Numbered from the stretch's first letter, positions 28,401 to 42,300 are shown. The stretch is 64,000 nucleotides of DNA from Eledone cirrhosa (GCA_964016885.1 OZ024747.1:84940001-85004000), one strand, 5' to 3'. Numbers and translations: made by a program. The notes: generated from the letters alone by a model not told the origin.

Positions 28401-28580
28401 AACCCCAATAACTGGTTATTTAACCCCGAAGGGCCAAATAACGGACAGAAAGACCCCTCTCACGAGGAGGAGGGTGTCTTTATCAACAATTTGGTTCAAG
28501 TTTTAAACAATTTACAATTGTTTTAACGGTTAAAAATTACTATACCTTACAGAGCCGAGCCTCCGTCAACCATGGCATTC

Positions 28581-28622
<42 letters not shown>

Positions 28623-28623
<1 letters not shown>

Positions 28624-29029
28624 TTTTCTTTATTAACCACAAGGGTTTACATAAAGTAGACATTAAGGACAGTACAGGACAATACAGGACGGCACAAATG
28701 GGCATTTCTGCGTGTAAAAAACAAAAACAGAGGATGTAACAAAAAAATAACAATGAAAAATTCCCCAATAGGGGGGAGACTTCGGAGGGACATTTGTGGA
28801 GAAAGCCCATTAAAAGGCCACAGTGACCCTGACCACCAAGGCAAGTGCCCTCTCCCAGTTTTCCACCTTTAATTTACAGACACATACTCAGAGTAGGCCC
28901 ATTCACTCGGGCCATTCTTGCTTCTCTCACCCATCTTTCAACAAAATGCTGAGAAGAGAGCACTTCCCTCTCTACCCTGATTTTCCTTTTCAAATGAAAT
29001 TTGAAAAAGTTAATCAGGGCATCACCGAA
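28623..29029 (-). mobile_element. 5'-truncated Tx1 copy 2 (same subfamily as copy 1)
   Basis: Near-identical to 22571-22989, with (AAT)n on both sides. Confidence 0.92.
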
Positions 29030-29054
29030 TAATGATAATAATAATAATAATAAT

Positions 29055-32000
29055 GATTTCTTTATTGGCCACAAGGGCTGACATCAAGAAAAACATTACA
29101 GACGGCACAGGACGGTACAGGACGGTACGATGTGGGTTTTGTGCGTGTAAATATTTTGTGCGTGTAAATATTTTGTGCGTGTAAATATTTTGTATAAATC
29201 CCGCCGAGGTTGACTTTGCCTTTCATCCTTACGGGGTCGATAAAATAAAGTACCAGTAATGCACTGGGTGTTTGCTGGCCTTGTGCCTAAAGTAGAAACA
29301 ATTATTTATATAAGAAAAGAAAAAAAAAGGACATAGAAACATATATATATATATATATATAAACAATAAAAATGAAAATTGAAACAATAAAAAATTCCCC
29401 AATAGGGAGGAAACCTCCGAGGCTTACTCGTGGCGAAAACCACACAAAAGACCACGGCCACCCTGACTACCAGGGAAAGCGCCCTCTCTCAATTTTTCCA
29501 TTTCTCAAACTACAGGCGTATATTCAGAGCGGTCCCGTTCACTCGGACCATTCTCGCTACATTCACCCACCTTTCAACAAACTTGCTAGAAGGCAGCACT
29601 TGCCTCTCCACCCTGATTTCCCTCTTCAAGTGAAACTTGAAAAAGTTAATTAGAGATTCGCCGAAGAGGAAAGTGTCTGTCTTTAACCCTTTTAACCTTG
29701 TCCACCACACAATCTCTTTCGCCATGGCCACCAGGCAGATGAAAACCGCCTGCCCTTCCTCCTCGAAGGAAGACGGCGAGACCATCTGCACAATGGACTC
29801 AGTCGACAACCGGATCAGTCCCACACGCGACAGCAACTGTTCAACATAGCTCCACAAGTCAGCATGCTCGGGCACTGAACGAGTGCGTGCACGACTGTTT
29901 CGTCGCTCTGTGCGCATCTCGGACAGGCTTGGCTGACGGCACTTCCGTGCCTGTAGAGCTTATCTCGAACCGGCAGCGCTCCCCGGTAGCACTGCCAGGC
30001 CAGGGATTTTTGGAAGTTATCCATAGGCCCCGGGCTGAAAGTTCTCCGGAAGAGAGCAAACAGCTGATCTTCTTCGACGCCCAGGATCTCTTCGAGAATG
30101 TCGTCGCTCTTCCCCTCCACTAGTCCTCTATAGAACGCCGAGGTGGATGTTCCACCGATACTGGTGCCCAGCTGGCAGAGGGCAGTGAGCGCCTGGAGAC
30201 ATTCCAGTTTCCAAGCGCTATCCCTCGGTCTTTTTCTGACCCAGGACTGCAGCTCCGTCAAGGAGACGAGCTGTGGGAAAATGTGCCTGGCGAACGGCGA
30301 CCACACCTGTTCACCATCAAGGAAGCACCAGAGATGTCGCAGCCTCAGCGCATGTTTGTGCATCATCAGCCATGGCATGCCCAGTCCTCCACGCAACGGA
30401 TGTTGACAGCAGATGGATCGTCTGACCATGGGAGCGCGTCCCTTCCACAAAAAGCGGAAGAGGAGGCGCTCCATTTTGGTGAGAGTTGTGCTCGAGCAAG
30501 GGACGACGGTGAGGCGGTAGCAGATGACGGATGCGATGTACACATTCGCCACCTCCGCCCGGCCTTTCAGGGACAGCTTCTACTCGGCCCATTTCTGGGT
30601 GAGGGAGGCCACCCTGCTCGTCACCTCGTTCCAGTTTTTCTCCATCTGGAGGTCCGGTCCGAACCAGACCCCGAGCAATTTAACCGATCCGTCCGTCCAA
30701 CGCCCCACGATGCTGTCGGACGGCATGGACTTGCCTCTCCAGGTGCCGAGCTGAAAGCCCACCGACTTTTCCTGGTTTATCTTTGCTCCTGTCACCGCTT
30801 CGTATTCCTTGAGAGCGGTGCCGAGCATCTGGACGTGTCTGGTGCTCAACACCACTACGGTGACGTCGTCAGCGTAAGCCGACTCGGATTTCCTGCATCC
30901 TAGTTCGCATGGGACGCCCCTCATCGCCCCCAGTTTGTGTAGTAACGGCTCGAGAGCCAATACGTACAAGAGGGACGAGAGGGGACAACCCTGACGGACT
31001 GAGCGCATGATGCTGAACGGCTGCGACAGGTGACCGTTCACCCTCAAAACTGAGCAGATGTCGCTGTACATTGCTGCGATCCAACCCCTGAAAACGGGCC
31101 CGAAACCGGCGGCCTCGAGGACCGCCGCCAGGTACCGATGGTCGACTCTATCGAATGCTTTGGATTGATCCAAGTTGATCAGGTCCCCACCCGTGCCAGG
31201 TTCCTTAACCACCTTTTCTATGATGTATCGCATGAGGTGGAGGTTGTCGTGTATGGATCTGTCCGGAATGGCGCATATCTGCGCCTCTCCCTCCAGACCC
31301 TTGACGACAAGCGCCAACCTCGTTGCTAACACCTTGGCCAAAATCTTGAACTCTGCGTTTAGCAGCGTTATGGGCCTGAAATTATCGTTAACATCCCTCT
31401 TGTTCGGGTCTTTTCTCAGCAGCGCCACTGCTCCCCGGCTCACAAAACTGGGAATGCTCCCGTTCTGCTGCCAGTTTCAGTAGACATCTGCCAAGAGGTC
31501 ACCGAACAAGTCTGGCATAAATGCATAAAGCTCGTAGGGCAGACCATCCAAACCTGGCGATTTACCCCTCATGCAGTTAGCCATCGCTTCCCGTATTTCA
31601 CCGGCTGTTATTGGCTTTTCGCAACACTGTGCTGCGGTCGTCGTGAGCCGAGGCAGTCCGTCGAGGAATGCACTGAAGTCCATGCCCCGATCCGGGCCGT
31701 CGCTGACCGAATTGTGGCTTTGTTTCAACGTCGCGCCTCTGCCAGCCGGGACCATTGGACGGCTTTTGTCCCCTCGTGTTTCAGAGTACGCGCTCTAGCT
31801 CTGACAACGCAGCCTTCGTGTTTTGCGTTGAAGAATTGGTCGAGTGCCAATCTCGCCGCAAGCACGTCGGTTGCGATGCCTGTCCTAAACGCCTCTTCTA
31901 GCTTTCTGACTAGCTCTCCCTCTACTCTATTTTCCTCTATCACTACTCCTTTGCTAAACCTAATCGACTCTACTTTAATTGCCCTTTTCAGGGGGAACCA

Positions 32001-32406
32001 CCACCTGTTGTTGACGACCGCTCCCGTCAACGCCCGCTTAACTAATACGCTAATCCGGTCTCTGTAGGGTTTGCGCGCCGGGAAAGACGTGTTCAGCTTC
32101 CAGTAACCGAGCCCTTGTCTATGAAGTCTGTCTATGTCGATCTCACAGATCACAAATTTGTGGTCTGTGTAGTCGACTATTTTAAATTGTGGACAACTTA
32201 TACTAGCCTTATCTAGTTCTCTGCAGAATACCCTATCGAGATACGATCTGGATGACCCAATGCGGTTTGTCCATGTCCACATTGGCACATTCGGGTGATC
32301 CAGTCGATACCTGTCAGACAGTTCAAAACGTCTGAGCAGGTTGGTGAGGCTCTTGCACCCTCCTCCCCTATCCACTAGCCCCACACAATCCCAGCGTACA
32401 TCCAAA
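29055..32406 (-). mobile_element. 5'-truncated, decayed Tx1 copy 3 (diverged subfamily) with a SINE inserted at ~29196-29305
   Basis: ORF2 fragments at 31725-32405, 31477-31755, 30580-31443, 29815-30552 and 29510-29917, with stops, frameshifts and a ~90-bp deletion near 31705. The 3' UTR differs from copy 1. Confidence 0.92.
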
Positions 32407-32426
32407 ATAATAATAATAATAATAAT

Positions 32427-32605
32427 GCTTTCTTTATTAACCACAAGGGTTTACATAAAGTAGACATTAAGGACAGTACAGGACAATACAGGGCGGTACA
32501 AATGGGCATTTCTGCATGTAACCCCCCCCCCCCCCAAAAAAAAAACAATGAAAAATTCCCCAATAGAGGGGAGAGTTCCGAGGGACATTCGTGGAGAAAG
32601 CCCCC
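32427..32605 (-). mobile_element. Tx1 copy 4 (3' UTR only)
   Basis: Matches the 3' UTR of copies 1 and 2 (TTTATTAACCACAAGGGTTTACATAAAGTAGAC) and is flanked by (AAT)n. Confidence 0.88.
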
Positions 32606-32633
32606 CCCCCCAAATAATAATAATAATAATAGT

Positions 32634-32805
32634 AATAATATATTATTATTCTTTGAGTCTAAGTCATTGATGCTATTTAACTGGAAAGTTTGTTCTATTA
32701 TTACTATTATTGAGGGTAGAACAGCCCAATAATAGTAATAATAGAATAAACTTTCCAGTTAAATAACATCAATGACTGAGACTCAAAGAATAATAATAAT
32801 ATTAT
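32634..32805. repeat. ~170-bp fold-back palindrome within (AAT)n
   Basis: TTCTTTGAGTCTAAGTCATTGATGCTATTTAACTGGAAAGTTT / AAACTTTCCAGTTAAATAACATCAATGACTGAGACTCAAAGAA. Confidence 0.85.
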
Positions 32806-33184
32806 TAGTAATAATTGTTTCTACTTTTGGTACAAGACCAGCAATTGTTCCAGTGCATTACTGGTGCATTATTTTATCGAATAATACACTGAGATAAATC
32901 GAAGTTGTAGCAGCTGTAGAGCAGATACTAATCGAATCGTTTGAGGCAATCACAAAGCACTCAATGATGTGAAGAGTTAATACATTTTCGTCCAGTGTAA
33001 ACACAAAGTTAAGAAAGTGAAACACTATATATGTATATATGTATGAGTTTCTGCTCGACGGCTGAGCTCTTGTCGCAATGGTATGTGCTCAGTCGTCGGG
33101 AAGAAACTCATTATAATACTCTATTTTCTCAAGTATCGAGTATAAAACAGAACAATTGGCTGACTGGTCTAAACGGGTAACTAC

Positions 33185-33263
<79 letters not shown>

Positions 33264-33967
33264 GTAACTGGACTGTCCAATGTTTCCATCTTTTTAAGAG
33301 AGTCGGGACAGAGATTTGAGTGAGATTTGATGGCTGTTCCAAGTAGGTCAAAGCCCCCCCATCTCTGCTTCATCTTCTTTTAGTTACCTACCACATCGTA
33401 AAGTATGCTGCATCATCCTCAAGCGAAGAGGTCGTTTGCAAAGATTTTATGTGTGATATGATTGTATAGCAATTATTCTCTGGTTCAAATACATTTACAA
33501 TTCTTTTTGAATCCAGATCACCAGAAGAAAACAAATAAATAAATAACCAAATAAATAAATAGATAAAAGACAGATCAACATTCATTTTAACTCCACTTTT
33601 CTCGTTTATTTCTTTCAAAACGTTAACATAACATAACATATATTTTATTAGATCTGATGCAAAGCAAGTCGTCCATTTTAATACGAACGAGGATATCTTT
33701 AACACTTCAACACATTGATCGATGTGCTTGTTCTTTAAAGTAGCAAGATTAAAGAAGATTCGTGCAGGGTGATCGAAGACGCTATACAGATCAAAGGGAA
33801 ATTCATCTGACAAGTAATTAATTCTGAACCGGAGATAATAGCAAATATATAGAAATATATAGCTTTCAGTGTAAGTGAATGCAAATGCTTTCGTACGGCT
33901 TCTGTTTGAATTCAATATTGAATTTTACTTGGCATACTCAAATAGATAAACATACACGTTTATAATG

Positions 33968-34035
<68 letters not shown>

Positions 34036-34274
34036 AGTGTAAGTATATATATACTTACACCGACACACACATACGTATATATTTCTTGTTACTCTAGAGT
34101 TTTCTCCAAGCTGTCAACTACACACACACACACACATACACACACATATATATATGTATAGATACGTATGTGTGTGTATGTGTGTGTACGTGTGTGTGTG
34201 TGTGTGTGTGTGTCCAAGGTGGTAACCACAGTAAATAAGCTACTCAATACATAGTAGAGTATATACAATATTTA

Positions 34275-34351
<77 letters not shown>

Positions 34352-34452
34352 TACTATATATGCTATATATATACTATCTATACTATCCAGGTAAAACTTG
34401 AACCGTTAAGGTCTCATTCGTGGATATGTCAATATTTATAAAACAAGCTCTG

Positions 34453-34513
34453 TATTTTATCTGATGAGAGCGTACCAAAGTTTTGGTACCCTTGAAATAT
34501 ATATAATAGAATA
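34453..34513 (+). ncRNA. Type I hammerhead motif (family H1) in a (TA)n-flanked element ~34388-34557
   Basis: TATTTTAT-CTGATGA(34461)-GAG.GTACCAAA..TTTGGTAC.CTT-GAAA-TATATA-TA-ATAGAATA. The 3' tail is nearly identical to 1036-1080. Confidence 0.8.
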
Positions 34514-34556
34514 AATATGGTTTTATAAATATAGTTTCCATTTATTAATATCATTG

Positions 34557-34587
<31 letters not shown>

Positions 34588-35879
34588 CATACATATATAT
34601 ATTGAAGCAACTAAGGGCTCTGGATTACAGAACCACTGGGGTCCCCAGCAGCTGCTTACAAGAAACCTAATGAAAATTAACAGATATAAATGTAGACGTT
34701 TACATAATGCGATGCTGAGATTCCAGAATCGATCTCTGCTGACCTCTAAAACAGAGGTGACACCTAAAGAAAAAAGACATGTAATTAATAACAATTATAA
34801 TATTCTAGAATTTTAACAAAATTATGCTTCATAGCTATATGTTAATATATATTTCTATAATAAGATGAGGCCCTTTGATTGCGCGTTCCTGGTCTGCAGC
34901 CAGCGTAGCTCATATGTAAATCTGGTACTGCTGATTACAAAAAACACAATTCCATATTAACCATTTTGTTCTCACATATTTTCATGAAAGACATTGCCTA
35001 TAGTTTGCAGACCATTTTGAAAATAATAAAAAAAAGTTGTTATTATTAAGCGTTCAAATCCCGCCGATGTTAACTTTGCCTTTCATCCTTATGAGGTCGA
35101 TAAAATAAAGTACCAGTAACGTACTGGGATAATTGCTGGCCTTGTGCCAAAAGTAGAAACAATTATTATGTTGATGGATGGGTTTTAGGTAAATATGTAT
35201 GTATGGAGCCGTAACTCTTGATGGAGTCGTAGGGGAACCGTAGTGACACAACGTTTCTTGTGTATTTTAAACCTGGCGGAGTCCATCCCCTCTCCAGAAC
35301 CGATTTTCTTCCAGAGAAGAAAAGAGAGTGAGAGTAAGTGAGAAAGAGATATAGAGGAAGGACTGATCCTAGTACTCGACTGGTAGTTTATTTATCGACC
35401 TCGAAAAGATGAAAGGCAAAGTTGACCTCGGCATAGTTTGAAATTAAAGCCGCATTAGAACCAGAACGAATACCACAAAGAATTCTATCCGACGTTTTAA
35501 CATCTCTGCTAATTCGACGCCTTTAAATAACTATAAACACTTTAAAACATATATATTGGTATCATAAAAACCGGGAAGGTTTCTAACATTTTGGTAATGC
35601 AAGTGGTAAAGTGTATATGAATGTATGAGAGGGAAGTGCCTACATATATCTTCCTCATTCACTGAGGTTTTCTGACACTCAAAGATCCTTACCAGGATGA
35701 TTAACGTTTTATTTGATAAACATTTAATAATTATTAAAACATGAAAGCAATTTATGATAAATGTTTTACACACCCTAACTACCATATTTAAAAATTTGTC
35801 AGAGAAAGAACAAAAAGAAAATCGGAAAGACGTGCACAGTCAATTACCAAGTAAAAACGGGAATACTGGTGTTTCCTTC

Positions 35880-36070
35880 TGAAACATGTAGAGGCATTAC
35901 CGTAGTTGATAGCGTGGCTAGGGCGTTGGAATAGCCAAGTATTCTCACGAGCATCACCTGATGCTTCACTAATGCGAGCCACCAACGATGACAAAAACCT
36001 TGTTGTCAACGGCCCAGTTCCTCTCAGGGATTCAACCTGGTTATCCACGCGAATTGGAACTGTGGGCGAA
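35880..36070 (-). pseudogene. CRE-clade non-LTR C-terminal RLE fragment
   Basis: VESLRGTGPLTTRFLSSLVARISEASGDARENTWLFQRPSHAINYGNAS resembles the ..GD.RE..WLFQR.S.AI.RGNA terminus of CRE elements. Confidence 0.7.
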
Positions 36071-36091
36071 AGGAAATGGACAAAGAAAGGA

Positions 36092-36275
36092 ATAATTGTT
36101 TCTACTTTTGGCACAAGGCCAGCAATTATCCAAGTGTATTACTGGTACTTTATTTTATCGACCCCGTAAGAATGAAAGGCAGAGTTAACTTTGGCGGGAT
36201 TTGAACTCAGACCATAAAGGGCCGTAACTCTTTGCTGCAAAGCATGGCGTCAGACACTCTACCGATACTGCCAAT
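36092..36275 (-). mobile_element. Family A SINE
   Basis: Reverse complement of the family A consensus. Further partial copies lie at 17100-17230, 32810-32880, 35052-35168, 50255-50300 and 54530-54680. Confidence 0.88.
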
Positions 36276-36742
36276 AAAGTACATGTTTCGATCAGGACGT
36301 GAGGAATTTCCTAAAAATGTTACCAATGTTGTTTTAAAGGTCTAAAGTATTCAATTATATTTATTTTTTAAATATCTAAAATTTTTTGCCTTAAGATTTC
36401 ATTTCATTTGACTTGAATGTTTTTCTTCTAAATTTCATCTATTAAAAAAAAATACTTCGTGGCAGGGTATTAGTGTTGGTGGTAGTGGTAGCGGGGTGGT
36501 ATTGGTGGTGGTAGTGGTGGTGGTGGTGGTGGTGAGGGGGAGTAGTAGTGGGGGTATTAGTGGTGGTGGTAGTGGTGTTGGGGGGTATTAGTGGTGGCGG
36601 GGGTATTAGTGTTGGTGTTAGTAATGGTGGTGGTAGTAGTAGGGGTGGTAGGGGTATTAGTGGTGGTGGTAGTGGTGGCGGGGCTATTCGTATTGGTGGT
36701 AGTGGTGGTGGGGTATTCGTGTTAGTAGTAGTAGTAGAAATA

Positions 36743-36776
<34 letters not shown>

Positions 36777-36807
36777 AAATAGTAGTAGTAGTAGTAGTAG
36801 TAGTAGT

Positions 36808-36866
<59 letters not shown>

Positions 36867-37417
36867 CGTGTGTATATATATATGTGTGGAAGGGTAAATG
36901 AAAGTAAATGAAAATGTCTTCCATGTCATCTGGGTTTTACTTTCTTGAGAATTAAGGAATTCTTGAAGAATATTTATTTTAATTGGACAGTTTTTATATT
37001 ACCACGGGAGATTACACCTCTGTTTATTGACAGACAGACAAACGCAAAGACAGGTTCATACATACCCATACACACACACACACACATGTAAATAAATACA
37101 TAGACGAAGGAGACAGTGAGGGAACCTTTTGACAGTTACTTGATCTGCTAGAAGAATTTTCGGCAAAGCTGGCCGTAAAATCGCTCGGTATCCAAATGAG
37201 GTTAATCAGCCGATGTACACGTTTCAGAATACTATGTATTCTCAACAGTTTCTATGGGTAACAGCGAGCAGAATATATAATCTTGATAAGGAACAAAACA
37301 CCCCGGGACAATTCTCCATTGTTTTCTCTCAGCTACCAGTGTAATAGAAGGATGACGTTGTCATCTAACACGTGGTGTATATGAGTCTGTTTGCTTACAA
37401 ACAGACTGGATATTAAT

Positions 37418-37611
37418 AATATTGTTTCTATTTTTGGCACAAGGCCAGCAAATACCCAGTAAATTACTGGTACTTTATTTTATCGACCCCATAAGGATGA
37501 AAGGCAAAGTTAACCTCGGTGGGATTTGAACTCAGACCGTAAAGGAACGTAACTATGTTAGAAAGCATGGCGTCCAACCCTCTACCGATACTGCCAATTC
37601 ACCCCCCCCCC
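37418..37611 (-). mobile_element. Full-length family A SINE with 18-bp TSD
   Basis: CTGGATATTAATAATATT at ~37406 and 37612. Confidence 0.9.
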
Positions 37612-37684
37612 CTGGATATTAATAATATTATGATATTATTATAATACTATTGTTATTCACTCACAAATACATTTAGGTATCCAC

Positions 37685-37769
<85 letters not shown>

Positions 37770-37890
37770 CCGAACTCAGCCGTAGGGGTCCTGACTCTTT
37801 TCCTGTTACCCACTCTGCTACCCTAAGTATTGAGTACTCTGGTGCCTTATGGTCCACCTGGTTTCTTACCATACTTTCTTTGTTCTTTGT

Positions 37891-38005
<115 letters not shown>

Positions 38006-38268
38006 GAAAGCAAAGTCGACCTACAATAGGAATGAGTTAGCAAAGCACTCAATAAAGGTAGGTCCTTAGAGTAATAACATACGTTTAAATAGCTAGACAA
38101 ATTGAACATTGCGGTAGGCAAAACCCAACCACACAATACCAAAGTAACGAAAGAACTAACAGGTTATATATATAACCATGTTATTCTTCATTCTTTCATT
38201 ATATATATATATATAATGAAAGAATGAGGAATAACATGGTCGGCTGTACAATAAGGGACTTTATTTTA

Positions 38269-38357
38269 AGTATTAACAATTGTTTCATTGATCACTCGAA
38301 GTTGCGTCACTCGACCTTAAATACAGTGTTTACCTCTGATCAAATCCTCAGAATACT
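38269..38357 (-). ncRNA. Type I hammerhead motif with extended stem II
   Basis: AGTATT-CTGAGGA-T-TTGATCA..TGATCAA-T-GAAA-CAATTG-TT-AATACT, followed by AATAAA. The 3' tail is mirrored across a (TA)n tract (38175-38240). Confidence 0.78.
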
Positions 38358-38597
38358 AGAGAACTCACATATGGCAATGGTATCTATATCGTAGAATCAA
38401 AACAATAACATCAATAATAAAATATAATGATAAAGAGGTAAAGAAGTTACAGATGTATATACGAGGTGGGTCAGAAAAGTTCCAGGACTGATGTCACAAA
38501 AGATTTATTTCAAACCCAAACTTCACACTAAGCTAAGCCAGATTACATTGCACTACATCACACCACACTAAACTGCATTGTACTGTACTACAGACAA

Positions 38598-38730
<133 letters not shown>

Positions 38731-38829
38731 TACACACCTCTAAAATAACTCAAGGCTGCCACTACTCAGTTTTCACAGCTAAATCTATAATTCCATAAAA
38801 CCGTTTTCAGTAACAACAAACGAACTTCA

Positions 38830-40750
38830 CATGATGAGGATAATAATGATGATAATGATGGTGATGATGGTGATGGTGGTGATGGTGGTGATGGTGATGA
38901 TGGTGGTGATGGTGGTGGTGGTGATGATGGTGATGGTGGTGATGGTAATGGTAGTGATGATGGTGATGGTGGTGATGGTGATGGTGGTGATGGTGATGAT
39001 GGTGGTGATGGTGGTGGTGGTGATGATGGTGGTGATGGTGGTGGTGGTGATGGTGGTGATGGTGATGACGGTGGTGGTGGTGGTGATGGTGATGGTGATG
39101 GTGGTGATGGTGGTGATGGTGATGATGGTGGTGGTGATGGTGATGGTGATGATGGTGATGGTGATGGTGATGGTGGTGATGGTGATGGTGATGATGGTGA
39201 TGGTAATGGTGGTGATGATGGTGATGGTGGTGATGGTGATGATGGTGGTGATGGTGGTGATGATGGTGATGGTGGTGATGGTGGTGATGGTGATGATGGC
39301 GATGGTGATGATGGCGATGGTGATGATGATGGTGATGGTGGTGATGGCGATGGTGGTGATGGTGATGGGGGAAGGTGATGATGATGATGATGATGAGGAT
39401 GATGACAACGATTATGATGGCGATGATGATGTAGGAGAAAAAGAAGAAAAAGGAAAAGAAGAAAAAGAAGAAGAAAAAGAAGAAGAAAAAGAAGAAGAAA
39501 AAGAAGAAGAAAAAGAAGTAGAAGAGGGAGGAGGAGGAGCAACAATTATAATAACAGCAATAGCAGCAGCAGCAACAACAACAACAATAACAACAAAAAC
39601 AACAACACTAACAGCAACAACAACAACAATAACAACAACAGCACTAGCAATAATACAACTACCTTTACGACCTCGACTGACCCCAATAACACTTAGAAAC
39701 GCCATCTGAGCCCCCTCCCCACCGCCACATAACCCCCTCCCCACCGCCACAGAGCCCCCTCCCCACCGCCACATAACCCCCTCCCCACCGCCACAGAGAA
39801 CCCTCCCCACCGCCACAGAGAACCCTCCCCACCGCCACATAACCCCCTCCCCACCGCCACCGAGCCCCCGCCCCACCGCCACCGAGCCCTTCACCACAAT
39901 AACACAACAACAACAACAATAGCAGCAACAATACCAATACTACCAGTAACACCACTACCACCACCACCGCCGCCACTATCACAACCACCATCGCCACCAT
40001 CGCCCTCACCACCACTACCACCATCACCATCACCACCGCCGCCACTACCACAACCACCATCGCCACCATCGCCACTACCACCACTACCACCATCACCACC
40101 GCCACCACCCCAACCACCACCACCATCACTATTACCGCCACCACCACCATCACCACCATCACCACCGCCGCCACTACCACCATCACCATCACCACCGCCA
40201 CCACCCCAACCACCACCACCATCACTATTACCGCCACCACCACCATCACCACCATCACCACCGCCGCCACTACCACCATCACCATCACCACCGCCACCAC
40301 CCCAACCACCATCACCATCACTATCACCGCCACCACCACCATCACCACCATCACCACCGCCACCACTACCACTATCACCACTACCACCGCCACCACCCCA
40401 ACCACCACCACCATCACTATCACTGCCACCACCACCATCACATCACCACTACCACCATGACCATCAACCACCACCATCACCGCCGCCGCCGCCGCTGCCA
40501 CCATCACCATTAGCGCCGCCACCACCATCACCACCATCACCATCACCGCCGTCACCAGCACTACCACCATCGCCACCACTGCCCTCACCACCACTACCAC
40601 CATCACCATCACCACCGCCACCACTACCACCACCATCATCACCATCACCATCACCATCACCAGCACCACCACCACCACCACCATCACCGCCACCGCCGCC
40701 ACCATCGCAAGCAACACCATCATCATTATCATCATCATCATCATCATCAT
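38830..40750. repeat. Low-complexity (GGT/GAT)n, (GAA)n, (CAA)n and (ACC/ATC)n tracts with a CCCCTCCCCACCGCCAC minisatellite at 39710-39890
   Basis: Direct inspection. Confidence 0.9.
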
Positions 40751-41609
40751 AGCAAGAGCTGAATGAGAGAACCATGCCAAGTAAATCAATATGAGACTTT
40801 GATGTGGGGCCAGCCATTTTTAGAGAAGTAGGGTACATGGCAGATTGTAGCCAGCGTCTTGTATTGACTTTATTGTTGGTGAATGGGAGCGGAGGGAGTG
40901 GCGGAGAGTGGGGGAGATAATATGAGGCGAGAAATATATGGCTATACATTTGTACACACTTCATGCACACTATTATATATACACACCTAAAACATATGTA
41001 CATACACACACACACACATATATATATGTACACACACACACACACACACAAACATACGCACACACATAAATACATACACACATACATACATACATACATA
41101 CATACATACATACATACATACATACATACATACACATACATACATACATACACACACATACATACAGACAGACATACACACATACATACATACATACATA
41201 CATACATACATACATACATACATACATACATACATACATACACATACATACATACAGACAGACAAAAAGACAGACAGAAAGACAGACAGATAGATAAGTA
41301 GATAGATAGATAGATAGAATGATAGATATATTTCTTTATTAGCCACATGGGCACAAAAGAAGGGGACAAATATAGAATGATAGATAGATAGATAGATAGA
41401 TAGAATACTTTCTTTTTATTTGCCACCAGGGCATCAAAAAGTGGGACAAGTACAATGGGGGGGGGGGGGGGGGGTACATAAAAAGGCGTCCTCAATAAGG
41501 AGGAGGCAATAACAAGATATAAAAAATAAAATATAAAATATAACAAAAATAGATAGATAGATAGAATGATAGATAGATAGACATCTGCCGCTGTCTCTCT
41601 CACCGTAAA

Positions 41610-41697
41610 TATATTACAATTGTTTCGGTATCGATCAGCTCAGGGTACAATCAAGGTGACGGAACCAGACTGTTCTTCGACATCTCATCAGATATGC
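41610..41697 (-). ncRNA. Type I hammerhead motif
   Basis: CATAT-CTGATGA-GATGTCGA..TCGATACC-GAAA-CAATTG-TA-ATAT. Confidence 0.72.
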
Positions 41698-41843
41698 GAG
41701 CTTATATGTGCAAAGATATATCTAAACTGTTGACAGAGGTCCCGGGATCCATTTATATACACTTATTGGTGGGGTTGTAGAGGGGGTGTAAGGGTGAAAG
41801 ATAACACTATAAACACATAAATAACAGAGGATGTAAAAGGTAA

Positions 41844-41921
<78 letters not shown>

Positions 41922-41924
41922 CTA

Positions 41925-42300
41925 TCTTTGAGTTTAGGTGGATATCCGGGGAGTAAGATCATTAATTTCTCACTTAGGCACAGCGAGCATATTTTGCTCC
42001 CGTTTTTATACGCTGTTGACTTTTCGAGAACTTTCCATCTGATATCATGGGGTATTCCTTTTTCTTTTAGCTGCCAGACCCTTTTTGACAATGTTGTGGT
42101 GGTTTTCATGTTGGGGTGTCTAAATGAAGAAAGGTTCAAGTATCACCTTTGTTTAAATCATTCCTGGACCTACATATTTTTCACCGGTCTCTGGCTTATT
42201 GCCGTTTGTGTATTTGATCTCTGCTTCGTAAATAATGGATTTAACATTACAGTTTTTCTGTAATGGACATCTTTCTTCCTGCAAGAGCATCCTGGCGGTT
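41925..42300 (-). pseudogene. Penelope-like element GIY-YIG endonuclease remnant with upstream Cys-rich finger
   Basis: Reads GCSCRK / RCPLQKNCNVKSIIYEAEI..EKYVG / FKQR*YLNLSSFRHPNMKTTTTLSKRVWQLKEKG..IRWKVLEK..YKNGSKICSLCLSEKLMIL, with frameshifts and a stop. Confidence 0.82.

Larger units (their letters stand above)
22571..28580 (-). mobile_element. Full-length Tx1-clade (L1 group) non-LTR retrotransposon
   Basis: 5' UTR, ORF1, ORF2 (APE-RT-Zn) and a 3' UTR ending GTGGTTAATAAAGAAATC, with (AAT)n on both flanks. Confidence 0.92.

Noticed and set aside
22782-32067. Plus-strand and alternative-frame ORFs overlapping the Tx1 elements
   Set aside because: They are shadows of GC-rich LINE coding sequence with no recognisable motifs.
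38460-38495. Mariner-like terminus TACGAGGTGGGTCAGAAAAGTTCCAGGACT
   Set aside because: No partner inverted repeat or transposase was found in the window.
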